A stretch of 64,000 nt of DNA, from NCBI GenBank assembly GCA_964431555.1, contig CAYSJW010000023.1, positions 33,368 to 97,367 of the forward strand, written 5' to 3'. Every line of letters starts with the position of its first letter. The stretch's first letter is position 1. The notes beneath the pieces were generated by a model, which saw only the letters and a program-made list of their open reading frames with translations, had not been told where the DNA came from and made no database searches. The translations under genes were made by a program, and so were the position numbers. The DNA is from an uncultured Gammaproteobacteria bacterium. GTDB taxonomy: Bacteria; Patescibacteriota; Microgenomatia; UBA8517. Of the stretch, positions 60,743 through 64,000 are shown in pieces.

Positions 60743-61135
60743 TTATCGTCTAGGATTTTTTTCAAGATAAGACTCAAGAATCAAAGCGGCAGAATAAGAA
60801 TCCTCCATAAATCTCCTTTTTTTTCTCTTTATTCCTGCCCCGAAGGACAAATTTTTAGCATCATAGGTAGATAACGTTTCATCTTGGTAATCAACTGGAA
60901 CTTCAACAACCTTAGCCAACTCTTCAGCAAAGTCTTTAGTTTCCAAAAGCATTTCCCCTTCGGATATACCTATAACTATTTTTTCTACTTTCTCTCTTAA
61001 AACAATTGATTTAATTTCTTTAAAAGCTTCCTCCCTTTTTTTATATCTTATAACCTTTAAAGGTTCCGACAAAAAACCTTCAGATATGGCTAAACCAATC
61101 TTTCTCCTTCCATAATCTATTCCTAAGATGCTCAT
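60743..61135 (-). CDS. ruvX: Putative pre-16S rRNA nuclease / Holliday-junction resolvase-like YqgF (RuvX).
   Basis: MSILGIDYGRRKIGLAIS... RNase-H-fold start. Confidence 0.85.
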   Translation of the reverse strand: MSILGIDYGRRKIGLAISEGFLSEPLKVIRYKKREEAFKEIKSIVLREKVEKIVIGISEGEMLLETKDFAEELAKVVEVPVDYQDETLSTYDAKNLSFGAGIKRKKRRFMEDSYSAALILESYLEKNPRR

Positions 61136-61139
61136 ATAC

Positions 61140-61802
61140 CTAACTTTCAATCAATTCCGCCCTAACGATTAATCTTTTTGGCTTCAGAGGATGTCCTGGC
61201 GGAGTACAGGTAACCAATGTGAGAAATGACTTACTTTTACTTTGCTCCAAAATCTGTATATCCGAAGGCCTTACTTCAAATATATCCCTTACTATATATT
61301 TATATATTACTCCGTCAAAATTAACTATTATCTCGTCATCTTTCTTCAAAGAGGGTAACGTGGAAAAAATAGACAAATAATTTTCAGGGTTGAAATATTG
61401 AGGCAGTACCGAGTGTCCAAAAATTACAGAATTTCCTATTTCTCCTGGAAGTGCTGTTCCCGGAAACTGAATAAGATGATCTGATAAATCATTACCTCCT
61501 ACAACTACTATCGCAGCCTGAATTTTAAGCTTGGGTATTGAAAGAGTAAAATATTTAAATTCTCCCTCATTAAAATCTGAATTCTGCATCCCCTCGAACC
61601 AATTTTGCGCTTTAGTGTAATCCTTCTCTAAAAACTTAAAACTTGCAGTATCACTATCTACTAAGGGACTAATAAGGATTGGGTATTTCTGTGAAGCTTC
61701 CCATTCATAGGAAAAAATTGGATAAAGACTAGTAAAAATAATTACCAATCCTGATAATCCCATAATTACAGAGCAAATTCTTATAATGGTTTTTTGAGTC
61801 AT
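61140..61802 (-). CDS. Sortase-family transpeptidase.
   Basis: N-terminal TM. Catalytic His (VIFGHS), TLVTCTPPG Cys motif, Arg in RLIVRAEL. Confidence 0.8.
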   Translation of the reverse strand: MTQKTIIRICSVIMGLSGLVIIFTSLYPIFSYEWEASQKYPILISPLVDSDTASFKFLEKDYTKAQNWFEGMQNSDFNEGEFKYFTLSIPKLKIQAAIVVVGGNDLSDHLIQFPGTALPGEIGNSVIFGHSVLPQYFNPENYLSIFSTLPSLKKDDEIIVNFDGVIYKYIVRDIFEVRPSDIQILEQSKSKSFLTLVTCTPPGHPLKPKRLIVRAELIES

Positions 61803-61921
61803 AGTTTAAATAATTACAAGACTAAGTCTTAATTTAAGATAATATAAATAAAAGTTTTTCAAAAAAATCAAATTCATTATTCATCCTTTTAAACTCAAAA
61901 TATGCCCCAAAAAAACCATAA

Positions 61922-64000
61922 TTATTTCTCTGCGGCAAACTCAACTTCTATATTCTTAACCAGATGAGGTAAGGTTTCAATTTTATCTGGAAAATTGGGA
62001 ATTATTCTTATATCTGCCTTCACAAAACCGGCAACGTCCTTAGACAAATAATCCTCTGCCACAGATCTATACTTACCCCTAAGTTTTTCGGCAATAATTC
62101 TGCCATCCAGCTGAGGAAGAAGATTAGCCAAAATTCCCAATTTAAACATATAAATTCCTTTTTCTTCCTTATCAAAATCAAAATCATAACTTATCTGTTC
62201 TTTTCTTAAAACATAACCCTGGGGTACTTTTTCTCTCAAAAAACTCAGCGCGTAATCATCTAAAACTTCCTTTTTTATAACTAAAGCTTTTGCTTCTACC
62301 TCCATTGAAAGTTTAAGAGTTTCAGCTTCATCCCCCTCTTTTGCACTAAAATTTTTTTCCTTGATCCCAATCTTTGACGAGCTTTCAATAAAATATTTAT
62401 CATCAGGTACATCACCTAAAATTTTCTTTTTCACTCCCTCTGACAACTCCTCCAAAAGTTCTTCTTCTAAATTCTTAATATCTTCTTGCGAAACAGCACT
62501 TACTTCATAACTTGTTCCTCCGGAAAAAGATGCTTCATTCTTAGCTTCAATCTCACTAATTAAATAATCTCCAACTGTAAAAGAAGTACCCCCGGCTAAG
62601 TTATATTGAGCTCCAATGTCCTTCGCTGTTACCTTGGCCCTAGCAGTACTAGGGGAACTTGCACTGCCGCTTGCGATAGCTACATTCGTATCCAAGGTAA
62701 ATTTAAGATTATCAGGTCCTTCAATTTGCGTACCAGATTTAAGTTCAACCTCCGAACCTACCCTATACAAGACTATTTCCCCTTTTGCTTTTTCTCCAAC
62801 AAGTTTTACTCCCGTAGTATCCTTTGTCTTTTCCCCTGCAATTGAAACTCTAAGAATCTCGCCAGGTAATTTATCCTCCAAATTTTCCAAAATTCGACCT
62901 GAAGAATCTATCGAAACCTGAGTCGTTTCACTTAACTTCATTGGCGAAAGATAAATTGTAACCTTTGCCTTTGGCAAAAACCACCAAACAGAAAATAAAA
63001 GTGCAAAAAGCAAAAACATAAACAAAATACCAAAAGTAAAAACCTTTCTTCCAAGAGTAAATGGCAGTCTTCTGAAAAAATTTATCTGAAACTTCTTGAA
63101 ACCTAATTTATCTTTCAGTTGACTCAGCATTTTTCCAATTTTCCTATCAGGTAAAGTCTTATCAACCAACCCTTCCCCAACAGGAAGTACATTGTTATAA
63201 TTCTCATCTAAAACCTCCTCACCCTCAATTTCGTCTTCTGTTGGAATATTCTTAGATGTCTGTTCTTGATCATCATTCCGATCAACAACAAATCCCAAAT
63301 CTTCAGGCGAGCTATCATCTACTTCCTCCTGACCTTTTTCCTGACTAACCTTCCTTTTAGCTTCACTGAAAGTAGTCTCATCTATCTTTCCAAATTCATC
63401 AACTTCTTCTTTTTCAGAATCAACTTGGCTGGTATCCAGCTTATTTATAAAAGACGCTACCCCTACCTTCCCTTCTACTTTGTCTTCCCAAAATGATTCC
63501 TCTATTTTCAAAGTTGTTGCTCCAGCCATCTCTGATGCACCAGCCAAACAAACAGCATATATTTTAGACTTCACACTAACAACCTCTATCTTGGGAGTAT
63601 GGAGTATTTTTATTTTATCAAAATCTTCCCAATTGACCTTAAGAAGCGATTGACTTGCATCTTCCAGTTCTTTTTCTTTCCCGTTATAAATCAAAAACAG
63701 AGAAGGAATATTCTGCAACGATGAAAACCTAGAAAGCCCTTCAAAAACATCATCTTCCAAAGAAACAGATCGAGCAACCTGACTTACTCCCAGTAATTTC
63801 CCATTCTGGAAAATACTAACTTCCAGTTCATCTTTATAAATACCCAAAGTTACCGCACTCAAGGGAACGGAGTCAATAGATTTTCTGTAATGAGCTATAG
63901 CTTCAGGTAGTACAACAAAACCTATAGGACTTAAGGACAATTCACTGCATAGTGTTTTTATTTTCTCCAAATAATCACTTTTTATCTGACCATCTTCCAC
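61922..64000 (-). CDS. Large hypothetical membrane protein, 5'-truncated at the window edge. It has a cytoplasmic N-terminal domain, an acidic linker, one TM and a large extracytoplasmic domain.
   Basis: More than 692 aa. TM FTFGILFMFLLFALLFSVWWFL. No sortase sorting signal at the C-terminus. Confidence 0.55.
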   Translation of the reverse strand: MEDGQIKSDYLEKIKTLCSELSLSPIGFVVLPEAIAHYRKSIDSVPLSAVTLGIYKDELEVSIFQNGKLLGVSQVARSVSLEDDVFEGLSRFSSLQNIPSLFLIYNGKEKELEDASQSLLKVNWEDFDKIKILHTPKIEVVSVKSKIYAVCLAGASEMAGATTLKIEESFWEDKVEGKVGVASFINKLDTSQVDSEKEEVDEFGKIDETTFSEAKRKVSQEKGQEEVDDSSPEDLGFVVDRNDDQEQTSKNIPTEDEIEGEEVLDENYNNVLPVGEGLVDKTLPDRKIGKMLSQLKDKLGFKKFQINFFRRLPFTLGRKVFTFGILFMFLLFALLFSVWWFLPKAKVTIYLSPMKLSETTQVSIDSSGRILENLEDKLPGEILRVSIAGEKTKDTTGVKLVGEKAKGEIVLYRVGSEVELKSGTQIEGPDNLKFTLDTNVAIASGSASSPSTARAKVTAKDIGAQYNLAGGTSFTVGDYLISEIEAKNEASFSGGTSYEVSAVSQEDIKNLEEELLEELSEGVKKKILGDVPDDKYFIESSSKIGIKEKNFSAKEGDEAETLKLSMEVEAKALVIKKEVLDDYALSFLREKVPQGYVLRKEQISYDFDFDKEEKGIYMFKLGILANLLPQLDGRIIAEKLRGKYRSVAEDYLSKDVAGFVKADIRIIPNFPDKIETLPHLVKNIEVEFAAEK

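Overview
This is a low-GC (~35%) bacterial segment. Its gene content and architecture match a Candidate Phyla Radiation (Patescibacteria)-type genome: no L30 gene between rpsE and rplO, many r-proteins with C-terminal extensions, small streamlined housekeeping genes, and weak Shine-Dalgarno signals. Layout from left to right:

- (1) recA, 3'-truncated at the window edge (1-993, minus strand).
- (2) A ~10 kb accessory stretch (1.8-11.4 kb). Almost every intergenic gap carries a copy or fragment of one composite repeat family: a conserved 8-bp-stem hairpin module, an identical 78-bp AT-rich core, a second GC hairpin module and a G-free CA/pyrimidine tract. This stretch contains a two-gene RiPP-like pair: a 69-aa Cys-cluster precursor peptide and a radical-SAM enzyme with C-terminal auxiliary Cys cluster. 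It also contains a minus-strand operon (signal-peptidase-like membrane fusion, secreted beta-propeller-like protein, membrane-anchored protein) and a SAM methyltransferase.
- (3) A CsoR-regulated copper operon: csoR, an HMA/DsbD-like TM/cupredoxin-like fusion, a small CxxC...CxxxC protein and copA. A -35/-10 promoter and an 8-3-8 palindromic operator lie upstream.
- (4) tRNA-Pro(GGG).
- (5) Housekeeping genes: HPS-like, SPFH, HD-domain, ZIP, PepF, UppS with a long C-terminal extension, trans-prenyl synthase, NadM-like NMNAT, sigma-70, IDI-2.
- (6) A ~32 kb minus-strand transcription/translation superoperon, rpoB-rpoC-rpsL-rpsG-fusA-tuf-rpsJ ... rplC through rpsI-rplM. A 4.4 kb cell-envelope island (RmlD-like SDR, He_PIG surface protein, small secreted proteins, O-antigen-ligase-like) is inserted exactly between rpsJ and rplC.
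- (7) mltG, a small ORF, ruvX, a sortase and a large 5'-truncated membrane protein.

No CRISPR array, integrase or transposase was recognised. The strongest candidates for novelty are the RiPP-like rSAM/peptide pair embedded in the repeat-rich region, the repeat family itself, the unusual copper fusion protein, and the island splitting the S10 operon.
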